34,893 nt of DNA from a virus. Taxonomy: Duplodnaviria; Caudoviricetes. The notes below the pieces were generated by a model. The model did not search any database. It saw only the letters and a program-made list of their open reading frames with translations, and was not told the DNA's origin. A program made the translations under genes and the position numbers. The stretch covers positions 1 to 34,893 of IMG/VR virus record IMGVR_UViG_3300012001_000025. One strand, 5' to 3'. Of the stretch, positions 18,850-29,300 are shown one piece after another; the first letter of the stretch is position 1; each line of letters opens with the position of its first letter.

Positions 18850-21800
18850 CGATGACATCGTACAGAATTTCAGGGTCGAGGGCGTCGAAGATGCTGCCGA
18901 GCAGGTAAAGAGCTTTGGTGACTCGACCGCCTCCTCGTTCAAGAAGATCGACGATCAGGTCGCCACCACTACAACGAAGCTCGGCGCGCTCAAGGAGCAG
19001 TTCGACGCGCTTGGCAACTATCAGGGTCCGGTCAATGCCGTCGCCGCGTCGGCCAAGCGCGCGGGCATAACTCCGGAGGAGTTCCAGCAGCGCACCGAGC
19101 AGTTCAAGCGGGGCTATACCCGCGATCAAGTGGGCAACGTGACGTCGCCCGCCGAATCCGCAGCACCTGAGCCAGATGATGGTGGTGGTGAGCCGCCGAA
19201 CAAGCCACCAAAGCAGAAGCCAGAGGACGCGGGCATCGACGTCGCGCGCGAGGCCCTAGACAAGTTTCGCGAGGCCATTCACGTTCTTCACCCGGCTCTG
19301 TCCGAGGCTGGCATCAGCACCGGGGTGCTGGGGGGCTTATTGCGCGCTGCCAGCGGTGGCATCGTAGCTCTCGCCGCTGCCATCGGCGGCACGCTCGTAG
19401 TCGCGATGGAGAAGGCTGCGGACGAGGCAAACGACGCCGCCAGTCGCATAAGCGCGTTCAAGGACAGCGCGGCGGATGGCAAGCGTACCTTCCAGGAACT
19501 GACCGAGGTATCCGACAAGCTGCGGGTGCCGACGACGTCGATCTCGGGCTCCTACGAGCAGATACTGCGCGCCAATCAGTCCGAGCCGGAGGGCAAGCGC
19601 TCAAGCGAGAATGATATCTTGAGCGCGCTCTCCACGATCCTGAAGGGTGGCATTGGAGAAAACAGAAACGATCCCGAGAAGGCAATCTCGGCAGTGACGT
19701 CAATGCTGGCGAGCATCAAGGAGAGCGGAACGCTGACGCCGGAGGCGGTCAAGGCGGCGCAGGAAGTCATACCGCAGACCGTCGCCGCCATTCTCAAGCA
19801 ACTGCCGCAGGGTCGAGCAGCAACCTCCAGCGACGTCACCAGCGCGATCAATCGCTCCGGTCCCGAGATCGAGAAGAACGTAGCGGATACGACGAAGAAT
19901 TTCGAGTCCGGCATTGGCGAGGCGTGGGGGTATCTGAAGACCGCCAGCGACAAGCTGGCCGAGGCTACGTCCGGCGGGCACGTCGTCGCGGATACGCTGG
20001 AGGGGATATCCCATCTTCTCGACCTGTTCTCCGGAGCCGTGAAGAAACTCCGAGAGCACCCGCTGATCATGGCCGGATTGAAGACCGGATTGAAGACCGC
20101 CACGTTGCCATTGGCCATGCAGGCATACGATGCCTACAAGAATTCCACTAGCACCGAGACCCCTGCCGGAGCGGCGTTCAACAAGAACGCGGCCAATAAC
20201 CCGCTGACCAGCAACAGGGACACCGGTGTATCCGAGAACGTCATCGCCCCGAGCGACCGCGTAAAGACAGCGTTCAACGCGCTGGCCGTGTCGACCGGGA
20301 ACACGCAGAAGACCTTGGACGCCTTCGCGTTGGCGCAGGGCAACGCGGCGAAGGCGCTGACCGCAGTGGATACGCGCAAGCAGGCCGGGATCGACCTCGC
20401 ATTCGAACCGGACCTGACGCGCAACAAATTGGAGAAGGAACAACTCGCGGTCACCAACGCCGACATCCATCTCGAGAACGCCAAGCTGTCGGGCATCGAG
20501 GCGATCAAGAACTTGGCCGAGTCGCGACTGGCACCGGAGACGGCGCGCGAGAACTTGATTGACGCCAACAGCAACTACGGCAAGGCGCTGTCGAAATTCT
20601 TCCAGGGTCGCGGCGTCGACACGTCGGCGCTCGATCAGGTCAATCAGGGGCAGGACGAGATCAACGCGCTGAACCGCGCAAGGACTGCAAAGAGGCGCGC
20701 CGAGATCGAGGACAAGTACGCATACCTAGAGCCGAAAAAGGCCGAGCTTGCCGCGCAGCAATCTGAGACCGAGATACGATCCGCCGAGATTGAGAAGAGC
20801 GATGCATTGCTGACGCTCGCGAAGGACGCGCAGGGTGCACCACTGTCCCACGAGTTGGCGCAGCTCAAGTATTCGCAGGCGCAGCTCGACGAGACCAAGG
20901 CACTCGGCACTGTCGGCAACAAGCAGCTCGATGTCCTGCAAGAAATAGCGGGGTTGATGCAAGGTGAGAACAAGGCCAAGGCCGACTCGAACCATGCCCC
21001 GGTCGCCAAGGACATCATTCCTGCCGCCGCATCGCTCGCCGCGCCACATCACCAGAACCTCGACCCGCACCAGATCAACGTGCCGGGATCACCATTTGGT
21101 CCTAGCGGCACACAGACCGACCCGCACCAGATCAGCGTCAATCCAATCAGCGAAAACACGTCCGCGCTGAAGGAAAACACTACGGCCACCACCAGCAATA
21201 CCTCGCAGGCAAAGGAGAACGTTGTCGCCCCTAACGACCGTGTAAAGATGGCGACGAAGCGCGAGGCTGATGTCACGCCGATAGGGGAGCCAGGTGATGG
21301 CTTCATGCACGAGCCGCGCAAGGACTTCGGCGATCAACGCGACGGCATCTACGATCCGGGGCCGTACAGTCACAACAAGAATGACCCGTGGGACAAGAGC
21401 GCGGGTTGGAACGCTCGACACGGATCAGGCATCGGCGATGGAGTCGGCCAGACGCCGACCTTCGACACGGAGAAGGTTCCACTCCCGGAGCCGAGACCGT
21501 CAGAGGCGCAGCCGCGCGCCGAGGCGCAGCCTGACCAGCAGTTCGCGTCCCTGATGGACAAGATAGGGGAAATCGTGAGCACCGTGTCCAGCAAGCTGGC
21601 ACAGCCGGACAATCCCGACAAGCTGCAGAACGGCGATCAGCCGGTCGATAACATGGGAGTGCGAGGCGAGGCAGCACCTAGCACCGACGATGCGGTGGTA
21701 AGTCTCAGCAGCTCGCTCTCAGATGCGGCGAGCAGCGCATCCTCCTTTGCCGACAAGCTGGCGAGCCTGAGCGTACCCACCTCCAGCAACGACAACGCAC

Positions 21801-22231
21801 CAGTGCACGCGGCTGCCGGTGGACACATCACCGGAGAGGGCACCGAGACCAGTGACTCGATCAACGCGCGATTGTCGCACAACGAGTTCGTGCAGCCCGC
21901 AGCGGCGGTGAACCACTACGGCCTCGACTTCATGCAGGCGGTGCAGACGCGCACGCTCCCCCGGTTCAGCGTCGGCGGTCTGTTCAAGAACTTTGCGCGT
22001 GCCATGGCACCCGCTCTACCGAGCTTTGCCGGGGGTGGGCACGTGCAGGTCGCGTCGCACGCGCTGGGGGACCTGAGTAACTTCGGAACGGTCGATCTGC
22101 GCACCAACCACGGTGAGCATCAGGTGATAACGCAGCGCGACACCATGAGACATCTCAGCTCGGCAGCAGCGAGCGCCAAGTCGTTCTCGACCGGACCAAA
22201 ACCGGGCTGGTATGGGGGAGCCGCACGATGA
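18839..22231 (+). CDS. Tape measure protein
   Basis: 1130 aa, Ala-rich and helical, with a hydrophobic segment GGIVALAAAIGGTLVV. C-terminal AAGGHITGEGTETSDSINARLSHNEFV motif typical of tape measure proteins. Confidence 0.85.
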   Translation: MANDDDIVQNFRVEGVEDAAEQVKSFGDSTASSFKKIDDQVATTTTKLGALKEQFDALGNYQGPVNAVAASAKRAGITPEEFQQRTEQFKRGYTRDQVGNVTSPAESAAPEPDDGGGEPPNKPPKQKPEDAGIDVAREALDKFREAIHVLHPALSEAGISTGVLGGLLRAASGGIVALAAAIGGTLVVAMEKAADEANDAASRISAFKDSAADGKRTFQELTEVSDKLRVPTTSISGSYEQILRANQSEPEGKRSSENDILSALSTILKGGIGENRNDPEKAISAVTSMLASIKESGTLTPEAVKAAQEVIPQTVAAILKQLPQGRAATSSDVTSAINRSGPEIEKNVADTTKNFESGIGEAWGYLKTASDKLAEATSGGHVVADTLEGISHLLDLFSGAVKKLREHPLIMAGLKTGLKTATLPLAMQAYDAYKNSTSTETPAGAAFNKNAANNPLTSNRDTGVSENVIAPSDRVKTAFNALAVSTGNTQKTLDAFALAQGNAAKALTAVDTRKQAGIDLAFEPDLTRNKLEKEQLAVTNADIHLENAKLSGIEAIKNLAESRLAPETARENLIDANSNYGKALSKFFQGRGVDTSALDQVNQGQDEINALNRARTAKRRAEIEDKYAYLEPKKAELAAQQSETEIRSAEIEKSDALLTLAKDAQGAPLSHELAQLKYSQAQLDETKALGTVGNKQLDVLQEIAGLMQGENKAKADSNHAPVAKDIIPAAASLAAPHHQNLDPHQINVPGSPFGPSGTQTDPHQISVNPISENTSALKENTTATTSNTSQAKENVVAPNDRVKMATKREADVTPIGEPGDGFMHEPRKDFGDQRDGIYDPGPYSHNKNDPWDKSAGWNARHGSGIGDGVGQTPTFDTEKVPLPEPRPSEAQPRAEAQPDQQFASLMDKIGEIVSTVSSKLAQPDNPDKLQNGDQPVDNMGVRGEAAPSTDDAVVSLSSSLSDAASSASSFADKLASLSVPTSSNDNAPVHAAAGGHITGEGTETSDSINARLSHNEFVQPAAAVNHYGLDFMQAVQTRTLPRFSVGGLFKNFARAMAPALPSFAGGGHVQVASHALGDLSNFGTVDLRTNHGEHQVITQRDTMRHLSSAAASAKSFSTGPKPGWYGGAAR

Positions 22232-22689
22232 CCATCGACGCCAATCTCAAGACCGTCGGCACCATTCTGACGATATCGGACGGCAATTCGGTGCTGCCGT
22301 TCTATTCGGCGCGCGGCCTAATCCAGACACTGTCTCCAATTGGCGCGGCTAAGTCGCAGCGTCGCACCGTTAATTTTGAGTTGGTAGACCTCTCGCTCTC
22401 CAGTGCTCGCAAGTATGCGTCGACGATATCCGCCAAGGACGTCAGGCCACCAAGTCGCGATGACGTGTGGCCGGGCAAAACGGTGACGGTGGGCTGCGCC
22501 TATCTGCTGTCCTACCCGACCGTTGGTGGCTCGCCCGCTCGCGACGTCGTGTCCGGGTCGCAAATCACTGACCTGCACGGCACCACGTTCTATCGTCCGC
22601 TCATGGTGTTCATGATTGGTGACTTGCAGGGCAAGTTCGACGAGTGGCAGGCAGGCTACGACTGGTCCATTGGTATGGAGGAGGTATAA
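22228..22689 (+). CDS. Putative distal tail protein
   Basis: ATGA overlap directly after the tape measure gene. YSARGLIQTL...RRTVN.ELVDLS...WSIGMEEV. Confidence 0.6.
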   Translation: MTIDANLKTVGTILTISDGNSVLPFYSARGLIQTLSPIGAAKSQRRTVNFELVDLSLSSARKYASTISAKDVRPPSRDDVWPGKTVTVGCAYLLSYPTVGGSPARDVVSGSQITDLHGTTFYRPLMVFMIGDLQGKFDEWQAGYDWSIGMEEV

Positions 22690-22694
22690 GTACG

Positions 22695-25346
22695 ATGGCA
22701 GTCGCCGGACCATTCTACTTTGCCTACGTGACCGATGACAGTGTGGCATTCGATCCATCGGTGCACAACGTGATGGACGAGTACGTATTCTCGTGGCAAC
22801 GCATCTTGAGCGAGACCGACAAGCCCGTGCTCGAGGGTGTGATACGCAATCCACACATCGGGGTGCTCAACGCGGCGCGACAGCAGTGGGTGTGGCTGAG
22901 CTGGCTCAATCCATCCAGTGGTCACGTTGAGCCATTGTTCATAGGTCGTGTTGCTGCCACCCCAACCAACGTGCTCGCGGAGATCATCACGCTCCAGTTC
23001 GTGTCGTGGCCGACTGACTATTTCAATCAGCAACAGAACTTGGCCGAGACGCTGAAGGTCGCGCCGTATTGGGACGAGGTAATGATCTCGGTCGAGAAGG
23101 CCGATGACCCGAACACCATTCTTGAGGCGCGCAGCGAATTGTTCTGTGTCGATCCAATCACGTTGATCGTCACCGCAGAGGACATCATCGACGGATCAGA
23201 CGGAAACGTTGATCTGACTGCGGACGACTTCTTCTACGACTCACTCGACATGCACGTGGGAGACGCGCCGCTGACCGCCGTGCTTGCGGACGTGACCGTG
23301 AGCTGGACCCAGACTGGTCGCGGGTTCGTCGACATGGGTAATCAGACCATATTGTCTTACGCTGGCGACGGCATCATATCCGACTGGCCAAGGCCACTGA
23401 CGCAGCTCGGTGGTGGATGGTCGGTACAGGACGCCTTCGCTGGTGACTCGGCTGCGGTCGAGTCGATGATCACAGGCACCATCAACTACAGTTGGACTAA
23501 CACTGACAAGGTACACGCAGACGGGGACGCGCTGAGCACCAACGTATCCATCACCACACCCGGGATGTCATCCGGGTTCCTGAAATATACGTTGACCGAG
23601 GTGAATGCATCCGGTGTGCTCGATCCATTCGCAGTCGACGAGAACGGCGATCCAGCGCCACTGAACATACCGCCGCACTACAGCGCGACATTCGCCTACT
23701 GCCCACAGTGGACAATCAATACATCACTGGTTCTGCGCTACGATCTCGCGCGACAGCGCACCGAGCGAGTGCGCATCATGCTCACGGCGGACTTGCAGGC
23801 CGTGATCAACGACCCGCTGGTCACGCAGAACAGCGAAACCATCACGATGGTTGGTCGCGACGTTGGCGTACCCATCATCAATCTGCTGAATTGGACCACC
23901 ATTGCCAACACCGACGTCGACGTCGATCAGATAATATTCCCCGACAATCCGCTGCTGCCCGGTGGTCGCACCGTGCAGATTTGCGTCGTGGCAGGGCACA
24001 CGAGCACCGAGGAGCCGGTGTTCAGCGACATCTCAGGCGACATCACGGTGGACGGCACCGCGCAATGGTCCAGCATCGGAGACCAAAGGGCCGTCGAGGG
24101 TGCACAGGACTGGTCTGCCGTCACCAGTGTGCCCCCCGGCACTATCATTCTGCCGCAGCTCCCGCTCTGGACCACGTGGCTTCAGGCGGCAAAGCCGGGA
24201 CTGAACCTGTTCCCAAAGCAGGGGTTCAGTGCATCCCTCAATCAGATCGTGCAGGGCACCAACGGCATCTTCTTTGTCTGCACGCTGGACGGGCTCACCA
24301 CAATCGGTGAGCCGTCGTGGTCGACGAGCTATGGATCGGTTACGACCTACGGCGCGTCCGAGTGGACCTGCATCGGTAGCGTGCTGCCCGATGGAAAAAC
24401 TCACTATCTCGCTCCGTTCGGTGGTGTCACAGGTGCACTCTACGTACTACCACAGTTCGGTGCTAACACTGCGCTTCACGCACAGGTCAGCGACGGCAGC
24501 GCGCTGTGGGTGGCCATTGGCACCGGGGACATTCCGGCTGGCGGCACCCCCGGTAACGTGTGGGCACGCAGCTACTTCCCCAGCGAGCGTGGCAAAAGGT
24601 CGCTGGAGTACGTCATGGCGGTGCAGCGGGCACACATCCGCAAGCGGGCAAGGGCTGTAGAGATCGAGTTTGAGTGCCCATTCGAGACCGGCGTCAACAT
24701 CACCTGCCGCAAGACCGTGACGCTTCACGACAGCCGAATACCGGGGGGCGTCGCGCTTGGCAAGGTGACGCGCGCGGTGTTGAGCGCGGACGGGGACACT
24801 GGCGAAGTCAAGTGTCACGTGACCATCGGATGTGCCGTGGGCAAGGGCAACGCGGTGACCACGGTGGCGGGTACACCTGTCCATGCTGCCGCAGGTTACG
24901 CGCAGAGCGGTTATCAGAAGGAGACGGGGGCGATCGTGGTGCTGCCGGATCTGAGTGACGTTGGCTACACGCCGCTGGTGGATGCACCAAACGATGACGG
25001 TCTGGTGCTGCCGCTGACGAAGGATCAGGTGGTGCTCAGCGAGAGCATCAAGGGCAGCAGCGCGGCACAGGGTGCTGCGGTGATGAATGCCTTTGCCAGT
25101 ATGGCGCAGGCGGCGCAGCTTGGAATGTTGCCAATAACATCCATCGATCAGTCGATAGCTGTTCAACAGCAACAAGAACTTCTGAATTCAAATTCCGTTA
25201 GTCGCGCGCTGCAACTCAATCCGATCTACTACGAGGCACAGCTTCGCCCGGTAACAAACGGCCCGTTCTGGGATGTCTACAAGGTAGTAACTCAACCGAT
25301 GACGGTGCCAATGGGCATCAACCTGACAGCAGCGAGCACACCATGA
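22695..25346 (+). CDS. Putative baseplate hub/tail tip protein with inserted CBM-like modules
   Basis: GGAGG SD before ATG 22695 (MAVAGPFYFAY). About 880 aa. RKRARAVEIEFE...VTLHDSRIPGG..LGKV. Confidence 0.7.
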   Translation: MAVAGPFYFAYVTDDSVAFDPSVHNVMDEYVFSWQRILSETDKPVLEGVIRNPHIGVLNAARQQWVWLSWLNPSSGHVEPLFIGRVAATPTNVLAEIITLQFVSWPTDYFNQQQNLAETLKVAPYWDEVMISVEKADDPNTILEARSELFCVDPITLIVTAEDIIDGSDGNVDLTADDFFYDSLDMHVGDAPLTAVLADVTVSWTQTGRGFVDMGNQTILSYAGDGIISDWPRPLTQLGGGWSVQDAFAGDSAAVESMITGTINYSWTNTDKVHADGDALSTNVSITTPGMSSGFLKYTLTEVNASGVLDPFAVDENGDPAPLNIPPHYSATFAYCPQWTINTSLVLRYDLARQRTERVRIMLTADLQAVINDPLVTQNSETITMVGRDVGVPIINLLNWTTIANTDVDVDQIIFPDNPLLPGGRTVQICVVAGHTSTEEPVFSDISGDITVDGTAQWSSIGDQRAVEGAQDWSAVTSVPPGTIILPQLPLWTTWLQAAKPGLNLFPKQGFSASLNQIVQGTNGIFFVCTLDGLTTIGEPSWSTSYGSVTTYGASEWTCIGSVLPDGKTHYLAPFGGVTGALYVLPQFGANTALHAQVSDGSALWVAIGTGDIPAGGTPGNVWARSYFPSERGKRSLEYVMAVQRAHIRKRARAVEIEFECPFETGVNITCRKTVTLHDSRIPGGVALGKVTRAVLSADGDTGEVKCHVTIGCAVGKGNAVTTVAGTPVHAAAGYAQSGYQKETGAIVVLPDLSDVGYTPLVDAPNDDGLVLPLTKDQVVLSESIKGSSAAQGAAVMNAFASMAQAAQLGMLPITSIDQSIAVQQQQELLNSNSVSRALQLNPIYYEAQLRPVTNGPFWDVYKVVTQPMTVPMGINLTAASTP

Positions 25347-25568
25347 GCAGTCTAGAGCAGGTAATAAGACCCTTCCAGAGCGGTCAAACTACTCCACCGC
25401 AGCAGTATTTTCAGGCCGGACAGCGTGGCGTTACCGCCGGTCGTTCTTCGATTCGGTAGGGGTGGCAGTGGCAAGGTGCTCAGTGGCAGCATGACGGTCT
25501 CGCAGACCTTCTACTGTACCAAGTACGTCAACGAGCAAACGACTGCTGATTTCGGGACCGCGTTCTGA
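25343..25568 (+). CDS. Small tail-region protein (apparent +1 frameshift near 25432; absent from the ORF track)
   Basis: ATGA overlap. MSSLEQVIRPFQSGQTTPP...QRGV then PPVVLRFGRGGSGK...DFGTAF to TGA 25566-25568. Confidence 0.6.
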
Positions 25569-25569
25569 C

Positions 25570-26958
25570 GTGACCAACGCGCCCGCCAGTCGCCAGACTC
25601 ACGTAATCCGCATCCTTGGCACCAACAAGAATGGCGACGTGCTGCCAGACATATGGGTGGACGTGGAGCGCATTGACGAGGCGCGCAGCGTCGATCAGGG
25701 TGACTCGCCTAATAACTGGCAGGGCATCGTTCGCCGCTTCCGGTGGGGTGATGATCCCGACTCCGAGGATGGAGTAGTAGAGCCACGCACTCGAGACGGT
25801 GTGCCAGTCGGCACTGGATCGCGCGACGTGATCGTGGTCAAGGTATGCTCTCCAGACGAGCTAGATATAACGAATCCGCAAGAGTGGGTATCAATAGATT
25901 CCATCAAGATCATGCGCATGATGGACTCCGATCAAGGCGTCGTACAGCGACACATCAATGATGAACTGACTGACGCACGTATTGTGGAGCGACGTCGCGT
26001 ATCACACTACGACACCAGCATCGACGTCGACGCGCAGGTCGCGTTCGACGCTGATCCGACCCGCACCGTGTTCGTGGTGCCAGGGGATCAGTATACTCGC
26101 GACGATAGCACCAAGGACGATAGCCAGTACGTCGAGACTGAGGTGATCACGTATCTCAAGGAGCGTAGCACGCACGACACGCAGACCGGAGCGCAGGACG
26201 ATCAAGGTCAGCAGATCAAGTTGCTGAATCAGTATCTGATCGATGAGTCCGATGATGCGGTGCTCGATGTGATCGGACCAGATGGCTTCAATCCACCGTG
26301 GCGGCTCGATCCGTATCAGAACATCGTCAATGTACAATTGAGATCACCGGGCAACATGATCCTGGCCTATGTCTACGCCGACACCGACGGGGCCTTTCCG
26401 GATCAACTCGTTTATCTTTATCTGACCGGAAGCAACGCGGGCAGCGAAGCTGAAACTGATGTCTTCGATGGTGTCCATGTCCCGGACCCGGCACACTTCA
26501 CCGCGCACAGTTCGAGTGCAAGTTTTACCGCGGCACAGAACGATGCAATTGCACTACTGAGTTTCGGGTCATCCACTGATATCGACCGAACTCTTGGATT
26601 CGCCTGTGACAGTTCACTCACGTTGTATGCCTTCGAAGCAGACGGAACCACCAAATGGTTCATTGACCTCAATGATTGGTTCGGTGGGGTGACGATCCCA
26701 TTTGCCAGTACGGAACTGGGCTGGGACTTGGTCGACCTGCGCGCCTTCGGAAACAGCGTTTATGTAACATTTCGCCTGACGTTTTTCTTTCCCGGCATCG
26801 AAAGTGATTCCACCGCAGTGGCGTGGGCCGCGTTCGACTCCAACGGCAACAACAGCGATTTTCAGATCATCACCGGGCCAACGATCTTCGATCTGTCGGG
26901 TGATTATACCAAATCTATTCCGGAAATATTCTTCTACGGCACAATCAAAACACCCTAA
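25570..26958 (+). CDS. Putative tail protein with a compositionally distinct C-terminal domain
   Basis: 462-aa acidic ORF. The N-terminal part ends PWRLDPYQNIVNV. The C-terminal ~200 aa are aromatic-rich with different codon usage. Confidence 0.7.
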   Translation: MTNAPASRQTHVIRILGTNKNGDVLPDIWVDVERIDEARSVDQGDSPNNWQGIVRRFRWGDDPDSEDGVVEPRTRDGVPVGTGSRDVIVVKVCSPDELDITNPQEWVSIDSIKIMRMMDSDQGVVQRHINDELTDARIVERRRVSHYDTSIDVDAQVAFDADPTRTVFVVPGDQYTRDDSTKDDSQYVETEVITYLKERSTHDTQTGAQDDQGQQIKLLNQYLIDESDDAVLDVIGPDGFNPPWRLDPYQNIVNVQLRSPGNMILAYVYADTDGAFPDQLVYLYLTGSNAGSEAETDVFDGVHVPDPAHFTAHSSSASFTAAQNDAIALLSFGSSTDIDRTLGFACDSSLTLYAFEADGTTKWFIDLNDWFGGVTIPFASTELGWDLVDLRAFGNSVYVTFRLTFFFPGIESDSTAVAWAAFDSNGNNSDFQIITGPTIFDLSGDYTKSIPEIFFYGTIKTP

Positions 26959-26976
26959 GTGAGGACTTAGCCCAAA

Positions 26977-28287
26977 ATGGTACAGACCTACAGACAAACT
27001 GACGCGGTCAGCGGACGATGGACTGGCAACAGCGGCGGCATCGACCTCAGCGCGCAGCAGATCGACGAGAATTTCTACGACCTGATCCAGTCCGTCGCGA
27101 CGCTCAGCGCCAGCATCGGATCGACCATAGGCATCTCATACATCACGCTGAGCGGCAACGACCTGACGTTCCACATGACGGACCACACCTTGCAGGGTCC
27201 ATTCACGTTCCCATCATCAGTATTTCTTGACCGTGGCACGTGGGCTCCGCTGACTGCCTACAGCGTGAACGACACGTTCAACATCAATGGCACGCTGTAT
27301 CTAGTCATCTATCCTCACACCAGTGCAGCCACGTTCAGCGCGGGCGCGAACGATGGTGCTGGTCACAACTACTACAGCGCGATGCTCACGGTGCCCGGCA
27401 GCGCCCTGCCCACCGGCGGCGCGGTCGGCATGATGCTCAAGAAGTCGGACGGACACGACTTTGATGTGACGTGGGGCTACCCGGTGCCGGTGGGCGGCGC
27501 TACTGGTGCCGTACTCACCAAGTCCAGCAGTTTAGACTTTGCGATGACGTGGTCCGCCACATCGACCTTTGACTTTGTGAGCGCACCACCACCATCACCG
27601 GCTGGTGTGGCTGGTCAGGTGCTGGAGACGGTGGACGGCACGCATACCAACACACGTTGGATAACACCGTCAAGCGGTGGTGGTGGCAACAGCAGCACGG
27701 TGACGTCGCTAGGAACTTCTGGATCGGTGTCGCTCGACCCAACACTAGGCGAGGTGTTCACGATATCACCGTCAGCCGCCGTGACGCTGAATGCTGCCTC
27801 GACACCAGCGGGTGCTCGTGTCTCTCTAGAAATATTGACGGTCAACAATTCTGGTTTCTTGATAACATTCGGCACGGGGTTCGCGGCTCGTGGCAACATG
27901 TCCTGCGTCAAGGCCAGCAGCGTGACCACAGCCATCGAGTTCGTCAGCGATGGCACCCAGTTCTTTGAGATAGGCCGAACAGACCACCGCGCCACAATAG
28001 CACTCGGCACTACGGGACTCCAGACCATGCACCCGGACCTCGGGGACGTGTTCACCGTGACCCCGACCGGAGACATCAGCCTGAATTCGTGGGACTCGCC
28101 CCCCGGTGCATTGGTCTCGCTGGTCATTACCACGTCAGGGACCACCAGCTACAATATAACTCCGGGGACCAACTGCAAGTCGCAGGGCGTGCTGGCAACC
28201 GGCACTGTGAGCGGCAAGGTGTTCACCGTGACGTTTGTTGGCGACGGCACCAATCTGAACGAAATCAGCCGCACCACGGCGATGTGA
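26977..28287 (+). CDS. Tail fibre-like protein
   Basis: LSAQQIDENF N-terminus, CBM5/12-like RGTWAPLTAYSVND, three xGGxxGxVLxK-type repeats, and a tandemly duplicated C-terminal domain. Confidence 0.75.
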   Translation: MVQTYRQTDAVSGRWTGNSGGIDLSAQQIDENFYDLIQSVATLSASIGSTIGISYITLSGNDLTFHMTDHTLQGPFTFPSSVFLDRGTWAPLTAYSVNDTFNINGTLYLVIYPHTSAATFSAGANDGAGHNYYSAMLTVPGSALPTGGAVGMMLKKSDGHDFDVTWGYPVPVGGATGAVLTKSSSLDFAMTWSATSTFDFVSAPPPSPAGVAGQVLETVDGTHTNTRWITPSSGGGGNSSTVTSLGTSGSVSLDPTLGEVFTISPSAAVTLNAASTPAGARVSLEILTVNNSGFLITFGTGFAARGNMSCVKASSVTTAIEFVSDGTQFFEIGRTDHRATIALGTTGLQTMHPDLGDVFTVTPTGDISLNSWDSPPGALVSLVITTSGTTSYNITPGTNCKSQGVLATGTVSGKVFTVTFVGDGTNLNEISRTTAM

Positions 28288-28289
28288 TC

Positions 28290-29300
28290 ATGAGACCGCC
28301 ACTCCACTTCATTGGCATGTTCGGCATCGGCGACTGCCTGCATCAACGTGCCGTGCTGCGGCGGCTTCTGGAGCACTACGACGTGTGGTTGGAGACCTGC
28401 CACATCTGGCAGCACCTCGACCTATTGGAGCACGGCAACCTGCATCTCATACTGAGACCAACCAGACTGTGGATGCACGAGCAGAACATTGCAAAGGAGC
28501 GTGGACGATATCCCGACGTGTATTGTCCAGCACGACAGATACCTCGCGGCGCTCATCAGATTCGCAACTGGTATCTCAAGAAGGAGATCGACCGCACCGG
28601 GTCGATATTGGGGGCGATGTTCTTAGCCGCAGGTCTGGAGTACGGAATTCCAGACTTCTCGCTGCCAATTCGGCCCGAGTGGAGAACGTCACGCGTGCTA
28701 AATGTGATCGAGATGGCGCGCGCCAGTGGCAGACCGATGATGATCTATCGACCGATAGTGCTGCGCAAGGAGTGGAACAGCGCGTCGCGCAACCCCGATC
28801 CGCAGTGCTACGAGCAGATATACGCGGCGTCGCGCAAACACTTCTTCACCGTCAGCATCGCGTCGCTGCGTACCAATGTGGAGTGGATCGTCGGACCCGA
28901 GCAGCCCGCCGATCTCAAGCTGCACGGAGGTCAGTTCGAGATGTGGGAGCTGGCGGCACTATTCGCCGAGGCGTCGGTCGTGTTCTGCAACGCGGGCATG
29001 GCCCCGGTGCTGGCGCAGGCCGTTGGCACGCCGAGCATCGTGATCTACGGTGGCAGGGAGAGCTTTCGCACTACGCAGCGCGCGGGCGCGCACCTCGCGC
29101 CGACGCTGGGCATAGACACCGTCGACCCGTGCGACTGTCACACCAATTTGCACAACTGCAACAAACAAGTCGACGTCCCGTCTGCCGTTACCCGGATTGA
29201 GGAATTCATAGATGCGCACGTTGCTGTTCGCGACGACCTACGTCGACACGCCAGACAAGATGGCGACGCTGAAGCTGTGGATCAAGCTGTCGATGCGTGA
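28290..29300 (+). CDS. GT-B glycosyltransferase (family 9/heptosyltransferase-like)
   Basis: GMFGIGDCLHQRAVLRRL at the N-terminus. ELAALFAEASVVFCNAGMAPVLAQAVGTPSIVIYG. C-terminal PCDC...CNK. Confidence 0.8.
   Translation: MRPPLHFIGMFGIGDCLHQRAVLRRLLEHYDVWLETCHIWQHLDLLEHGNLHLILRPTRLWMHEQNIAKERGRYPDVYCPARQIPRGAHQIRNWYLKKEIDRTGSILGAMFLAAGLEYGIPDFSLPIRPEWRTSRVLNVIEMARASGRPMMIYRPIVLRKEWNSASRNPDPQCYEQIYAASRKHFFTVSIASLRTNVEWIVGPEQPADLKLHGGQFEMWELAALFAEASVVFCNAGMAPVLAQAVGTPSIVIYGGRESFRTTQRAGAHLAPTLGIDTVDPCDCHTNLHNCNKQVDVPSAVTRIEEFIDAHVAVRDDLRRHARQDGDAEAVDQAVDA

Noticed and set aside
25570-28287. Diversity-generating retroelement acting on tail genes
   Set aside because: No reverse transcriptase and no template/variable repeat pair differing at adenines is visible in the window.
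29200-29300. GT9-GT2 fusion through another +1 error
   Set aside because: The downstream gene has its own GAGG SD and ATG, with an in-frame TAG immediately before it. A true 89-nt overlap is simpler.
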